Shown one piece after another: positions 47,387-57,122 of a stretch of 64,000 nt of DNA. The position numbers were made by a program, and so were the translations under genes. How positions within the stretch are numbered: the stretch's first letter is position 1; each line of letters starts with the position of its first letter. Source of the DNA: Polyangiales bacterium (GTDB lineage Bacteria > Myxococcota_A > Polyangia > Polyangiales > Houyiibacteriaceae); contig JBGCFM010000086.1 in NCBI GenBank assembly GCA_045106895.1, positions 28,645-92,644 on the forward strand, given 5' to 3'. The notes beneath the pieces were generated by a model. It was not told the DNA's origin. It worked only from the letters and a program-made list of their open reading frames with translations, and made no database searches.

Positions 47387-47698
47387 ATGAAGAACCTACC
47401 AACAACGATTCGCCGTGTTCTCACGGCACTCATGATGAGCCTGATGATCGGCGCAGCACTCCCACTCTCGGCTCAGGAGGCGGAAGCGCCGGCGGCCGTG
47501 GAGGCGGAACCCGTCGTGAACCTGAACACCGCCACGGAAGCGGAGCTCGTCACTCTACCGGGGATCGGGCCGAGCAAAGCGCAGGCGATCATCGCCCATC
47601 GCGAGCGTCGGGCGTTTCGTCGCGTCGAAGACGTGATGCGTGTACGCGGCATCGGGCGCTCGACGTTCCGGCGTCTGCGCTCCCGTCTCGGCGTCTAG
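47387..47698 (+). CDS. comEA: ComEA-family helix-hairpin-helix DNA-binding protein
   Basis: Signal peptide; VNLNTATEAELVTLPGIGPSKAQAII...F..VEDVMRVRGIG. Confidence 0.92.
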   Translation: MKNLPTTIRRVLTALMMSLMIGAALPLSAQEAEAPAAVEAEPVVNLNTATEAELVTLPGIGPSKAQAIIAHRERRAFRRVEDVMRVRGIGRSTFRRLRSRLGV

Positions 47699-47777
47699 CC
47701 GCTGAAAACGTCGATTGGGGCCTGGCCAGCCCCGATCGGCGTCGCGGACTATTTCCACGACCTGCTACGCTCAGCGC

Positions 47778-48272
47778 GTGGCGATTCAAATGCGACAAGC
47801 GCTAGTTGAGGACCGGAACACGGTGCTCGCGTTTCACCGTGCGCTCTACGAGCAGCATCGCGCGGCGTTGATGGAGGAGAGGCTAGGTCTTCTTTACGCG
47901 TACCGACGTTTCCCCCAGGTCTTGGAGGAAGACGTCGATGCCATGCTGAGGAACCCGGCGACAGCCATTCTCCTCGCGGAAGAGCACGAAGGCGACGAGG
48001 TCCGTCCCATCGGTTACATCACGGGATACATCGAGAACGACCCGCGGCGTGTTCTCAGCCGAAAAGGCGTGGTGGGCGACTGGTACGTGGACGAGTCGGA
48101 GCGTGGCGCTGGGCACGGAAAGCGTCTCCTCGAAGCGCTACTGTCCATCTTTCGCGAGTCCGGATGCAGCATCTCCGAGATCGCCACGTGGCCGTTCAAT
48201 ACCGCGACGCGAACCTTCATCGAATCCGCGGGTTTTGACGAAGTTCAGATCGTGTATCGGCAGAAGCTCTAG
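47778..48272 (+). CDS. GNAT family N-acetyltransferase
   Basis: YVDESERGAGHGKRLL acetyl-CoA motif; N..TRTFIESAGF. Confidence 0.88.
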   Translation: MAIQMRQALVEDRNTVLAFHRALYEQHRAALMEERLGLLYAYRRFPQVLEEDVDAMLRNPATAILLAEEHEGDEVRPIGYITGYIENDPRRVLSRKGVVGDWYVDESERGAGHGKRLLEALLSIFRESGCSISEIATWPFNTATRTFIESAGFDEVQIVYRQKL

Positions 48273-48404
48273 CGGAGCGCCTCCTCTTCAGAGGCCAACT
48301 TGAGATGCGGGCCCAGAAGTGCAAAGGTCCAGGGCCAGCCGCCAAATCCCGGAAATATTCCCGGATACCCAACAAATTCGTGCGGTTCAGGCTCTCGGAG
48401 ACTC

Positions 48405-49883
48405 ATGAAGATTACGCTTTCGAACGACTCGGCGAAGACCGCAAACGTGGACCTCTTGGTCCTGCCTGTGAGGGCGAAAAAGCTCTCCGCCGACACCAGC
48501 GCTGCCGGGCTCGACAAGCCGCTTCGCACAGCCCTTGCCTCTCACGCCAAGGATGAAGGGTTCGAAGGCAAGTCTGGCCAGACGTTGAAGGTTCCGGCGG
48601 GTTCCACAAAGGCAAAGTGGGTCGTTCTTGCCGGTGTTGGCACCGAAGCAGACCCCGTCAAGATCGCCCGCATCCTCGGGCACGCGGCGGCCAAGGCGTC
48701 AAAGATGCAGTCGAGCGCAGCGGTTCTCCTCACGGAACCGAACCCCGCGACGGTCCGAGCCTGTGTTGAATCCGGCGTCCAGGGTGCCTACCGCTACACG
48801 CCCTACAAGACGGGCACACGGAAACCCAAAGGCGGCCTCTCGCGACTGACGCTCCTCGTCGACAAGCCGAAGAGCGCACCTCTGAAGGCTGCTGTCTCCG
48901 CGGGCACTGCCGTCGGTGAATGCGTCAACCTCGCACGCGACCTCGTGAACGCGCCGCCCAACGACCTGAACCCCGTCACGCTCGCGAACATCTCCAAGAA
49001 GGAAGCCACGAAGCTCGGCCTCAAGGTCTCCATCTGGAACAAGAAGAAGATTGCCGCCGCGAAGATGAACCTCTTCATGGCCGTCAACGCCGGCAGCGCC
49101 ATCGAGCCACGCCTTATTCACGTGGCGTACACGCCGCGCGGCGCCACACAGAAGGTCGCCTTCGTTGGGAAGGGACTCACCTTCGACGCTGGCGGTCTCT
49201 GCATCAAGCCCGCCAAGTCCATGGTCGACATGAAGTGCGACATGGGTGGCGCAGCCGTCACCCTCGGCGTCGTCCTCGCCGCCGCCCGCCTGAAGCTTCC
49301 CATCGCCGTGCACGCCGTCATCGGTTCCACGGAGAACATGCTCGGCGCCGAGGCATACCGCCCCGGTGACGTCATCAAGTCCTACGACGGAAAGACGGTT
49401 GAGATCATCAACACGGACGCTGAGGGCCGACTCGTCTTGGCCGATGTGCTTTCGTGGACCGCCAAGACCATCAAGCCCGACGTCATGATCGACCACGCCA
49501 CGCTCACCGGCGCATGCATGGTGGCCCTCGGACCTCACCGTGCCGCGCTCTACACGGACGACGACGGACTCCATCAGGCGTACGAAGCTGCGGCGGAGAT
49601 GTCGGATGAGCGCTACTGGCGCCTGCCCCTCGACCCGGACCTCCGCCCGAGCCTGAACAGCTTCGTTGGCGACCTGAAGCACACGGGGGGATCATACGGC
49701 GGGTCCATCACCGCCGCGCTCTTCTTGAAGGAGTTCGTCCGAGATACCAACTGGATGCATCTCGATATCGCGGGCCCAGCGTTCAACGACGGTGTCCACG
49801 GCACAGCGCCCAAGGGCGGCACCGGCTTTGGCGTGTCCACGGCGCTTCGTTTCCTCGAGTACCTTGCCCTCGACGCGGCCTGA
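48405..49883 (+). CDS. pepA: Leucyl aminopeptidase (M17)
   Basis: VGKGLTFDAGG, MKCDMGG, NTDAEGRLVLAD, ATLTGA, HLDIAG. Confidence 0.95.
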   Translation: MKITLSNDSAKTANVDLLVLPVRAKKLSADTSAAGLDKPLRTALASHAKDEGFEGKSGQTLKVPAGSTKAKWVVLAGVGTEADPVKIARILGHAAAKASKMQSSAAVLLTEPNPATVRACVESGVQGAYRYTPYKTGTRKPKGGLSRLTLLVDKPKSAPLKAAVSAGTAVGECVNLARDLVNAPPNDLNPVTLANISKKEATKLGLKVSIWNKKKIAAAKMNLFMAVNAGSAIEPRLIHVAYTPRGATQKVAFVGKGLTFDAGGLCIKPAKSMVDMKCDMGGAAVTLGVVLAAARLKLPIAVHAVIGSTENMLGAEAYRPGDVIKSYDGKTVEIINTDAEGRLVLADVLSWTAKTIKPDVMIDHATLTGACMVALGPHRAALYTDDDGLHQAYEAAAEMSDERYWRLPLDPDLRPSLNSFVGDLKHTGGSYGGSITAALFLKEFVRDTNWMHLDIAGPAFNDGVHGTAPKGGTGFGVSTALRFLEYLALDAA

Positions 49884-49899
49884 GCGCAGCTACTGAACG

Positions 49900-49932
49900 A
49901 CAGGGTCGAGCATCACGCTTGACCCTGTTTTT
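49900..49932 (+). terminator. Intrinsic terminator of pepA
   Basis: acagggtcgagc-atcac-gcttgaccctgt-tttt. Confidence 0.75.
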
Positions 49933-49934
49933 CG

Positions 49935-50696
49935 TTAAGCACCATCCGCTGGAGCGACTGCCGAACGCCGCCTCCAGAAGATCACTCCGCTCATGAGCAG
50001 CAACAACGCCGCCCCGCCTGCCATGAGCCCAAGCTGCCAGGTTCGTAGACCAGCGACATCGACACTCAGCCCGATGATCTCGCTGGAGGTCGCAGCTGGG
50101 AGCGCGATGGGTGCACCGCAGTCGTGGGGCTCGTCTCCATAGCTGCAAGTGTGGACGACACCGCCGGGTTGTGTACGGATGACAATATCGCTTCGATCGA
50201 GGGCCTCCGTCGGCATGGCATCGCCCAGTCGAATTTGGTGCGTTCCTGGGCGAAGCTCGACGCGCGCGACCATCTCGACGCTGCCGGCTTCGTTGCGAAT
50301 CACGCCTTGAGGATCCAGGTAGGCGTCGCCCCAAACGATCGCTACGGGTTCGCCATCGACTTCGATGCTGAGCTCTTCGGCGAGCCCCTCTCCCCACGTG
50401 CGCATGTAGACGTCCGCTTCGGACCCATCGACGGCGCCGTCCTGATTTGTGTCTGCGTCGCGCATGATGCGGGCCATCTCCGCAGGACCCAAAGTCAGGC
50501 TGGTGACGATGCGCAGGGCGGCGGGTTCAACATCAAATTTGAGGTAGCGCTCTGCACGCAGGACAACGTGACCAAGGTGGGCTTCGGCGCGTGAATGCAC
50601 GATGGTCATGCCCGCGAGGAGCACAACGATGAACACAATTGAAAACGGCCCCGCCACAATGGGCGAGACCGATTTCAAGATTCGTCGAGCGGACAA
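49935..50696 (-). CDS. Hypothetical exported protein with an EF-hand-like loop and a C-terminal membrane anchor
   Basis: Signal-like AEA|HLGH, DADTNQDGAVDGSE, C-terminal TM followed by WRRR. Confidence 0.7.
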   Translation of the reverse strand: MSARRILKSVSPIVAGPFSIVFIVVLLAGMTIVHSRAEAHLGHVVLRAERYLKFDVEPAALRIVTSLTLGPAEMARIMRDADTNQDGAVDGSEADVYMRTWGEGLAEELSIEVDGEPVAIVWGDAYLDPQGVIRNEAGSVEMVARVELRPGTHQIRLGDAMPTEALDRSDIVIRTQPGGVVHTCSYGDEPHDCGAPIALPAATSSEIIGLSVDVAGLRTWQLGLMAGGAALLLLMSGVIFWRRRSAVAPADGA

Positions 50697-50700
50697 GTGC

Positions 50701-52482
50701 TCAGCGGACGCGGAACGGATAGTTCACGTTGAAGGTCGGTCGCGAGAACGCAGGGACGCGAGCACTTCGAACGGCGCGGGCAACACAGGACTGAACGGCC
50801 GGCGGAACACCCGAAACGTTGACGCTTCGAACCCGTCCGGAGCTCGCGAAGACGATGCGCGCCTGGGCGGTCCCCGCGGTGCCGTTGCCGCAGCCTGCGA
50901 CGCGACTGGAAACGCGTCGAAGAGCACCACCGACGTCATCACGACCCGGCTGAGCCGGGAGGTTGCTCATGGAGGCAGCCATCATCGCAGCGGCCATCAT
51001 GGAGCCGCCGCCGCCGAGTGCTCCAGCGAGGAGGTCGTCGATGTCGGCGTTCGCCGAGGACATACGCGCAGCCATTGGAGAAGGTGTTGCCGCTGCCATT
51101 TCTGATGGAGTCGCCGAGTTCGACGAGCCCATGCGTGCGGCGCGTCGTCGTCGTCGTGCAGCCGAACTACCGCTCCCAGCGGATGCTTCGTCGCCGGCCT
51201 CGTCGCCTTCGCCTTCGTCGCTGCCTTCGTCGGCGGCTTCTGCTGTAGGCGCATCCATGGCGACACCCGCCGCGGCAGGTGCTGCAACCGCGGGTTCTGC
51301 GGCTGCTGGAGTACCGGTCGCCGTTTCACCAGCAAGCGCGGTCGGCGCGGCTGCGACCTGTTCGGCGGGCTTGTCCATCAAGACAACGATGAGGGCGACA
51401 AGAAGTCCGACAACAACGAGGCCACCGGCGACTGCGCCAATGATGAGTCCCTTGCCGCCCTTTTCGGGCTCGGCGGCTGCCGGAGCAAGAACGGGTGCGC
51501 CCAGGGAGGGTCCGAGACCACCACCACCACCACCGATGGAGAGGAGGTCATCCACGCCGCCGCTGCTGGACGATGCGCCGCCGCTTGGTGCGGAGGTGGC
51601 TGCCGTTGCGCTAGCAAGCGCACGAATGTCGATAAGGCCTGAGCCTTCGCCAGTCGCGTGTCCCGCCGGAGCTGCCGAAGGGCTCGCGGATGGACTTCCG
51701 CCGCCGCCGCTTCCGCCAGAGCTGCCCGTCGCGAGCGCTTGGAGGTTGGACAGTGAGAAGAGGACCGAGTTTTCGTTTCGTTGTCCGGTCATCGCCTGGT
51801 CGGCGGAGACACGTGGGCTCGGTGCGGAGGCCACGACATCGTCACTCGCGCCGAAGGCCGCATCACCGCCACCTGCGAAGAGGTCAGCGCCTGCGTCGGC
51901 GCTCGCTCTCGCCGCCTCACCGGAGCCACCGAATGGATCGGAGCCACCGAATGGATCGGCTGGTGCGGGCGCCGCTGCGGGCGCCGCCGCCGCGCCACCG
52001 AATGGGTCGGCTCCTGCGTCACCACCAAAGGGGTCTGCTGCTGCGCCGCCGAATGGGTCCGCCGCCGCTGCGCCAGCGCCGAAGGCTGCGCTCGCTGAAT
52101 CAGCAACGACCGTGCTGTCTTCTTGCGCAGGCTCCCCGGTGATGGCCGCCACCAGCTCGGGAACGTCACGTGCAGGCTTCCAGCCGTCGAAGCTCTCCTT
52201 CCACACGTAGGCTTCCCAATCGATGGTGCCATCGGTCAGCATGCCGCCGAGTTGGCTGGGTGCGAACGGGCCCTGTTGGTCGCCGTCTACAACGACGTGC
52301 CAAACCTGGTCGCTTCCATAGTCGTAAGCAGGTGCCTGCTCTTCTGCCGGTGCGGCCACCTGGTCGCCGCGGACAGCGATGATGTTTGTGCACTTCTTGC
52401 AGCGGATTTTGAACACACGGCCGGCGACTTTTTCGTCGGCGATCTGATACTTCGCCCCGCAGTTATCACAGAGGATCTTCAT
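50701..52482 (-). CDS. GltJ/AgmX-like protein: zinc ribbon + GYF_2 + TM + TonB-C-like domain
   Basis: CDNCGAKY.I.DEKV...KIRCKKC, WHVVVDGDQQGP...YVWKESFDGW, ENSVLFSL, TM, C-terminal CVARAVRSARVPAF...VNYPF. Confidence 0.85.
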   Translation of the reverse strand: MKILCDNCGAKYQIADEKVAGRVFKIRCKKCTNIIAVRGDQVAAPAEEQAPAYDYGSDQVWHVVVDGDQQGPFAPSQLGGMLTDGTIDWEAYVWKESFDGWKPARDVPELVAAITGEPAQEDSTVVADSASAAFGAGAAAADPFGGAAADPFGGDAGADPFGGAAAAPAAAPAPADPFGGSDPFGGSGEAARASADAGADLFAGGGDAAFGASDDVVASAPSPRVSADQAMTGQRNENSVLFSLSNLQALATGSSGGSGGGGSPSASPSAAPAGHATGEGSGLIDIRALASATAATSAPSGGASSSSGGVDDLLSIGGGGGGLGPSLGAPVLAPAAAEPEKGGKGLIIGAVAGGLVVVGLLVALIVVLMDKPAEQVAAAPTALAGETATGTPAAAEPAVAAPAAAGVAMDAPTAEAADEGSDEGEGDEAGDEASAGSGSSAARRRRRAARMGSSNSATPSEMAAATPSPMAARMSSANADIDDLLAGALGGGGSMMAAAMMAASMSNLPAQPGRDDVGGALRRVSSRVAGCGNGTAGTAQARIVFASSGRVRSVNVSGVPPAVQSCVARAVRSARVPAFSRPTFNVNYPFRVR

Positions 52483-52712
52483 TTGACGGTTTTTCCCCGT
52501 TGTCGGTGAATGGGTTTTCTATTTCCCGAGTAGCTTCGCGATGATAGCCGGGTGACGGGTGAACGATCAACAACGCTGTGTTCATCGGGGCCCATCATTC
52601 CGGCCTGCTTCTTTGAACCCCGAACAAGCCTGCACTTGGGCAGTTTTTTCGGAATGTTGTCGATCGGGTGCTTTTGTCGGGTTTCCTGCCCGAGGTGTCT
52701 ATACTTCCCGCC

Positions 52713-54131
52713 ATGCGCGTCCCGTCGCTCCTCCTTTCGCTCCTCACCTGCGCAGGCTTCAGCCTCGCCTTCAGCTCCCATACAGCGGCTCAAAGCTATG
52801 CAGGGGAGTGGCGCGCCGGATCGCTCCAGGTGCGAAACGCCACCCGGAGCTGGGGCGCGGACTGTCCAAGCCGTCTTCCAGCCACCCAAACAGAGGCCGG
52901 GGGGACGGTTCAGGTGGCGCAATCCGGCGATCACCTGACGCTCAGCGGGGCCGTACGAGGGAACACACGTTCATGTTGGAGCGACAACCCAAACCTGCGA
53001 CGGATCTCCTCGCGTTATCAGGACGGCGCTTGGACGATCATCTGTCGAACGGCGGAGAATGACCCACGGGCAGAAAACGCGCGCTACGCCTTCAGCGCCA
53101 CCTCCTCGACGAGCATCACATTCCGCGAGACGACGGAGTGGAACTGGCAGCTGAACGACTCGGTTTGCCAGGTGACGCGCACGGCGACGCGGACTTTTAC
53201 TCGAACCGACGGACTGACGGCGGAGCCCGAGCCCGATCCCGAGCCCGAGCCGACCCCGATGGAGGAGCCCCGGCCTCAATGCACACCGGGCGCGCCGGCG
53301 GGCGTACGTCTGTCGCCGGGGCGCTCACAGGCGAACATGGGCCAGCGCGTCTGTTTTTCTTCACGGGTGGTGGATGCCGCTGGTTGCACAGTACGCGGTG
53401 AGCGTATTCGCTTGCAGCTGCGTCCGCCGGAGGGAGTGGACGCCGAGCTGAGCGGACGCTGCTTCGAGCCACGAGCCCTGGGGATGTACAGCGTCGTTGC
53501 GACCAGTGGGTCTTTCACCGCGCGGGCCTCGCTGGAGGTGACGACGAACGACCTCTCCGACCTGGTCGCACAACGCGACGGAAGCGGACAACTCGACTCG
53601 AGCGGTCAGGCCGAGGGTGAGAGCTCGAGCGGCGTCGAGGCGAGCGCCCTGGGCGGAAGCTCGCTCCCGCTCTACGGGGGCCTTGGCGTGCTCGCCGCTC
53701 TTCTCCTTGGCGGCATCCTTCTACTCGTGAGCCGGAAGAAGAAGCCTGCTCCACCGGTGGAAGACTACGACGTTCCAGCCGTCGCGGCGGCACCGGTCTA
53801 CGTTCCGCCCCCGAAGCCGCCGAGGGTTTGCCCACGCTGCGCGCATGAAGAACGGGGAGACGCGCGCGTTTGTCCGAACGACGGCGTCGCTCTTATCGAT
53901 CTCAACGACGAGGCGATTCGCCTCCGCGGCAAGATCTGCCCCAAATGCAGAACGGGGCACGCAGCGGGGACGGCCTTGTGCCCGAACGACCAAACTCCTC
54001 TCGTCTACCACGTGCTCTACGAGGCTCAGCAGAAGGAACAGTCCGCCAAGAAGAACACCTGCACGAAGTGCGGAAATTCCTATGACGCGGGTGTTGGCTT
54101 CTGTCCTGAAGATGGGACGCGTCTCAGATGA
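52713..54131 (+). CDS. Single-pass membrane protein with an extracellular beta/Ig-like region and three cytoplasmic zinc ribbons
   Basis: Signal peptide, TM followed by RKKK, CPRC..CPND, CPKC..CPND, CTKC..CPEDG. Confidence 0.8.
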   Translation: MRVPSLLLSLLTCAGFSLAFSSHTAAQSYAGEWRAGSLQVRNATRSWGADCPSRLPATQTEAGGTVQVAQSGDHLTLSGAVRGNTRSCWSDNPNLRRISSRYQDGAWTIICRTAENDPRAENARYAFSATSSTSITFRETTEWNWQLNDSVCQVTRTATRTFTRTDGLTAEPEPDPEPEPTPMEEPRPQCTPGAPAGVRLSPGRSQANMGQRVCFSSRVVDAAGCTVRGERIRLQLRPPEGVDAELSGRCFEPRALGMYSVVATSGSFTARASLEVTTNDLSDLVAQRDGSGQLDSSGQAEGESSSGVEASALGGSSLPLYGGLGVLAALLLGGILLLVSRKKKPAPPVEDYDVPAVAAAPVYVPPPKPPRVCPRCAHEERGDARVCPNDGVALIDLNDEAIRLRGKICPKCRTGHAAGTALCPNDQTPLVYHVLYEAQQKEQSAKKNTCTKCGNSYDAGVGFCPEDGTRLR

Positions 54132-54388
54132 TCTTCAAAGAAGCCCGCGGCGCAGCGCAGCGCTTCGCCGAAGCATCTGAGCTTCCCGCGGATATTCGGG
54201 CAACGGTGGACACCCTTGAGACCTGGAGCGAGTTGGTGGACTACCTCGGGGAGCTCCACGAGGCTCTCGATGAAGCGGACAAGGCGTCGGGGACTCCGCA
54301 AGAACAAGGCAGCGGGCTCTTCGAGTTCTACGCTCGAGGGCTAGGGCGGATTCGCGAGTACGCACGTGCTCAGTCGCTCAAGGAGTGA
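54128..54388 (+). CDS. Hypothetical small helical protein
   Basis: ATGA overlap with the upstream gene, 86 aa, followed by a terminator. Confidence 0.6.
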   Translation: MIFKEARGAAQRFAEASELPADIRATVDTLETWSELVDYLGELHEALDEADKASGTPQEQGSGLFEFYARGLGRIREYARAQSLKE

Positions 54389-54393
54389 CGGAC

Positions 54394-54430
54394 AAAAAAA
54401 GAGCGACGCCAAGGCGCCGCTCTCTTTCTT
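54394..54430. terminator. Bidirectional intrinsic terminator
   Basis: A7-gagcgacgcc-aa-ggcgccgctc-tctttctt between convergent genes. Confidence 0.7.
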
Positions 54431-54445
54431 CGGAGACCGAAGCCT

Positions 54446-55417
54446 TCAGCCGGCTTTGGCCTTCTTGACCGCCTCGGTGAGTTCGGGCACGGCGTCGAAG
54501 AGGTCCGCGACCAAGAAGTAGTCGCTGACCTGAGCGATCGGCGCCTCGTTGTCCTTGTTGATGGAAACGATGGTCTTGCTGCCCTTCATGCCAGCGAGAT
54601 GCTGGATGGCGCCGCTGATACCGACGGCGATGTAGAGCTTCGGTGCGACGACCTTACCGGTCTGGCCGACCTGCAGTTCGTTGGGCACGTAGCCAGCGTC
54701 GACGGCCGCACGGGAGGCACCCATGGCGGCGCCGAGGGCGTCGACGAGGGGCTCGAGCACGTTCTCGAAGTTGTCTGCGCTCTTGAGGCTTCGGCCACCG
54801 GAGACGACAACTTCAGCTTCCGCGAGGTCGGGGCGTTCGCTCTCGACAACCTCGAGGCCGATGACCTCGATCTTCTCGGCGGCGTCTCCGCCATCGGCGG
54901 CGTCCACGTTCTCGATGGGGCTCTCGCCGCCGGACTCAGCGGCAGCTTCGAACTCGCTCTGACGAACGGTGACGACGGCGATGGGCGTCGTGATCTTCAA
55001 CGAGCCCTTCACGTTGCCCGCGTACATGGGGCGCGTGTAGATGAGCTCTCCGTCTTCGATGGCCACGGCGCTGATGTCCGAAGCCACGCCAGCGTCAAGC
55101 TTGGCGGCGACGCGTGGAAGAAGGTCCTTGCCGAAGGTCGTTGCGGCAGCGACGACGACTTCGTAGCCCTCACCGGCGACCTCAGCGACGCTCGGTGCGT
55201 ACGCTTCGTTGGTGTAACCCTCGTCGATTTCGGTGGTGATGAGCTTGCGCGCGCCGTAGCCCTTGAGGCCAGCCGCGGCGCCCGCGGCACCTTCGCCGAT
55301 GACGTGGATGTCGAAGGCTCCGCCTTCGGATGCCGTTTTCGCAAATGCGATAGCGGAAAGAGTGGTCTTGCGGGCTGCGCCTCCGGCGAGCTCCGCGACA
55401 ACGAGTACGTTTGCCAT
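54446..55417 (-). CDS. etfA: Electron transfer flavoprotein alpha subunit
   Basis: [42 protein letters not shown]. Confidence 0.96.
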   Translation of the reverse strand: MANVLVVAELAGGAARKTTLSAIAFAKTASEGGAFDIHVIGEGAAGAAAGLKGYGARKLITTEIDEGYTNEAYAPSVAEVAGEGYEVVVAAATTFGKDLLPRVAAKLDAGVASDISAVAIEDGELIYTRPMYAGNVKGSLKITTPIAVVTVRQSEFEAAAESGGESPIENVDAADGGDAAEKIEVIGLEVVESERPDLAEAEVVVSGGRSLKSADNFENVLEPLVDALGAAMGASRAAVDAGYVPNELQVGQTGKVVAPKLYIAVGISGAIQHLAGMKGSKTIVSINKDNEAPIAQVSDYFLVADLFDAVPELTEAVKKAKAG

Positions 55418-55452
55418 AGTCTTATTCCCTTACGATTCTGAGGACGACGCCC

Positions 55453-56292
55453 TCAGAGCACCTTGGCTTCGGTTTTGAGTTTCTCGACGAGTTCATCCAC
55501 GCTCTCGACGAATGTGGTGTTGCCGGAACGAGCCGGTGGGAGTTCGAAGGACACGTATTCGTTCACGCGCTTGACCTCGACGCCGAGGTCGCTGGCGCTG
55601 GTCTCCTCCATGGGCTTCTTCTTCGCCATCATGATGCCGCGCACGGAGGCGAAGCGGGCCTTGTCCGACTCCGGGTACTTGTAGTCCGCCGGCGTCGCGC
55701 CGTTCTTCACGGACTCGGGCTGGAGGATTCGGTCGGAGCTCGTGAACACGCAGGGGCCGGTGACCTTGAGCGTCTGCTGGCCTGCGTCGAGCTCGCGCTT
55801 GACCTCGAAGGTCTTTCCGTCGTCGTCGGTGGAGATGCGCGTCACGTAGTTGACCATGGGCCAGTCGAGGAACTCGGCGAGCTTGGTGCCCGCGACGTTC
55901 GAGTCGCCGTCGGCGGACTGCTTGCCGAGGAAGACCACGTCGGGCTGCTCCTTCTCGACGACCTTCGCGAGGATCTGCGCCACGACGTGGGAGTCGAGGG
56001 CTTCGTCTTCGGCGTCGATGACGATGCCGCGCTCAGCGCCCATCGCGAGGCCTTGGCGAACCGTCTGGGCGGCGTCCTTTGGACCGATGGTCACGAGGAT
56101 CACCTCTCCAACGCGCTTCTTGTCGGCGGCGTTCTCCGTGAGACGAAGCGCTGCTTCCAGGCTCCACTCATCGAAGGGGTTGAGCTTCCACTCAAGTCCT
56201 TCGCTGGTGACGGACTTAGCGTCGTCGGCGATCTTCACCTTGTTGGCGTTGTCTGGGTCAGCAACGCGTTTGATGGGAACGAGGATTTTCAC
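55453..56292 (-). CDS. etfB: Electron transfer flavoprotein beta subunit
   Basis: KILVPIKRV.D, NPFDE, LAMGA, GKQSADGD, GIMMAKKKP. Confidence 0.95.
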   Translation of the reverse strand: MKILVPIKRVADPDNANKVKIADDAKSVTSEGLEWKLNPFDEWSLEAALRLTENAADKKRVGEVILVTIGPKDAAQTVRQGLAMGAERGIVIDAEDEALDSHVVAQILAKVVEKEQPDVVFLGKQSADGDSNVAGTKLAEFLDWPMVNYVTRISTDDDGKTFEVKRELDAGQQTLKVTGPCVFTSSDRILQPESVKNGATPADYKYPESDKARFASVRGIMMAKKKPMEETSASDLGVEVKRVNEYVSFELPPARSGNTTFVESVDELVEKLKTEAKVL

Positions 56293-56440
56293 TCGGCTTC
56301 TCCCTTTCGAGGATGGGCGCCAAAGCGCCTAGTTGTTGCCCTGCCGGACATCGGCAGAGGGAAATCACTACGGAAGTAGGTGGACCAGCGACGAAGGTCA
56401 AGCTCGTCATTGGAGGACGCGAGGACTCCTACGCGATCAC

Positions 56441-57082
56441 TCACGCTTCCACCTCGCTCGGGCGCTCCTGAACGCGGAGCCCGTCGAGGAAGAGGTTCGC
56501 AAATTGATGCGCGGCCTTCTTCAGCTTCGCGGGTTTCGGTGAGTCGTCCTTCGAGCCGAGGGCCCAGGTCAGCGCCAGGCCGTCGAGGCCGCCGTAGAGC
56601 GCGCGTGCCGCGACTCGCGGGTTGATATCGCTACGAAAGAGCGCCTCTTTTTGCCCTTTCGCGATGACGCCTGCGATGAGCTCCAGATAGCGCGTAAAAA
56701 GAGGCGCGGCGTATTGCTTAAGAAGGGTCGAGGACTGCCGAAGGTTGACGGTGACGACCTCGGCGAGATCGCGTGAGTCTTCCAGGAGCCCAAGCTGGAG
56801 CTCCATGATGCGTCTCAGCTTCTCCTCGCTGCCTCGATCCGACGACGAGATGCGCTCAAGAATGCCAAGAAGCGCGTTCATCCGGTCTTCGAAGATGCTG
56901 ATGAGGACAGCATCCTTGTTCTCGAAGTAGAGATAGATCGTGCCGTCTGCGACGCCTGCCGCTTTGGCGATCTCGCTGACGCGCGTGGCGTAGAAGCCCT
57001 TTTGGGCAAACACCCGAATCGCCGCCTGGAGGATTCGCTCCCGCTTGTCGACGGACGCGCCCTTTTTGGCCTTTTCAGCCAT
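56441..57082 (-). CDS. TetR-family regulator, FadR(YsiA)-like
   Basis: ILQAAIRVFAQKGFY...IAKAAGVADGTIYLYFENK; upstream of etfBA; YsiA-type box upstream. Confidence 0.9.
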   Translation of the reverse strand: MAEKAKKGASVDKRERILQAAIRVFAQKGFYATRVSEIAKAAGVADGTIYLYFENKDAVLISIFEDRMNALLGILERISSSDRGSEEKLRRIMELQLGLLEDSRDLAEVVTVNLRQSSTLLKQYAAPLFTRYLELIAGVIAKGQKEALFRSDINPRVAARALYGGLDGLALTWALGSKDDSPKPAKLKKAAHQFANLFLDGLRVQERPSEVEA

Positions 57083-57105
57083 CAGAGGGTCCTCGTGGGC
57101 AAAAC

Positions 57106-57122
57106 TGAATGAGTATTCATTC
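57106..57122. promoter_or_regulatory. FadR/YsiA-type operator TGAATGAGTATTCATTC
   Basis: Near-perfect palindrome 24 bp upstream of the tetR ATG, downstream of a TTGCGG-N17-TAACTC promoter-like sequence on the minus strand. Confidence 0.75.
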
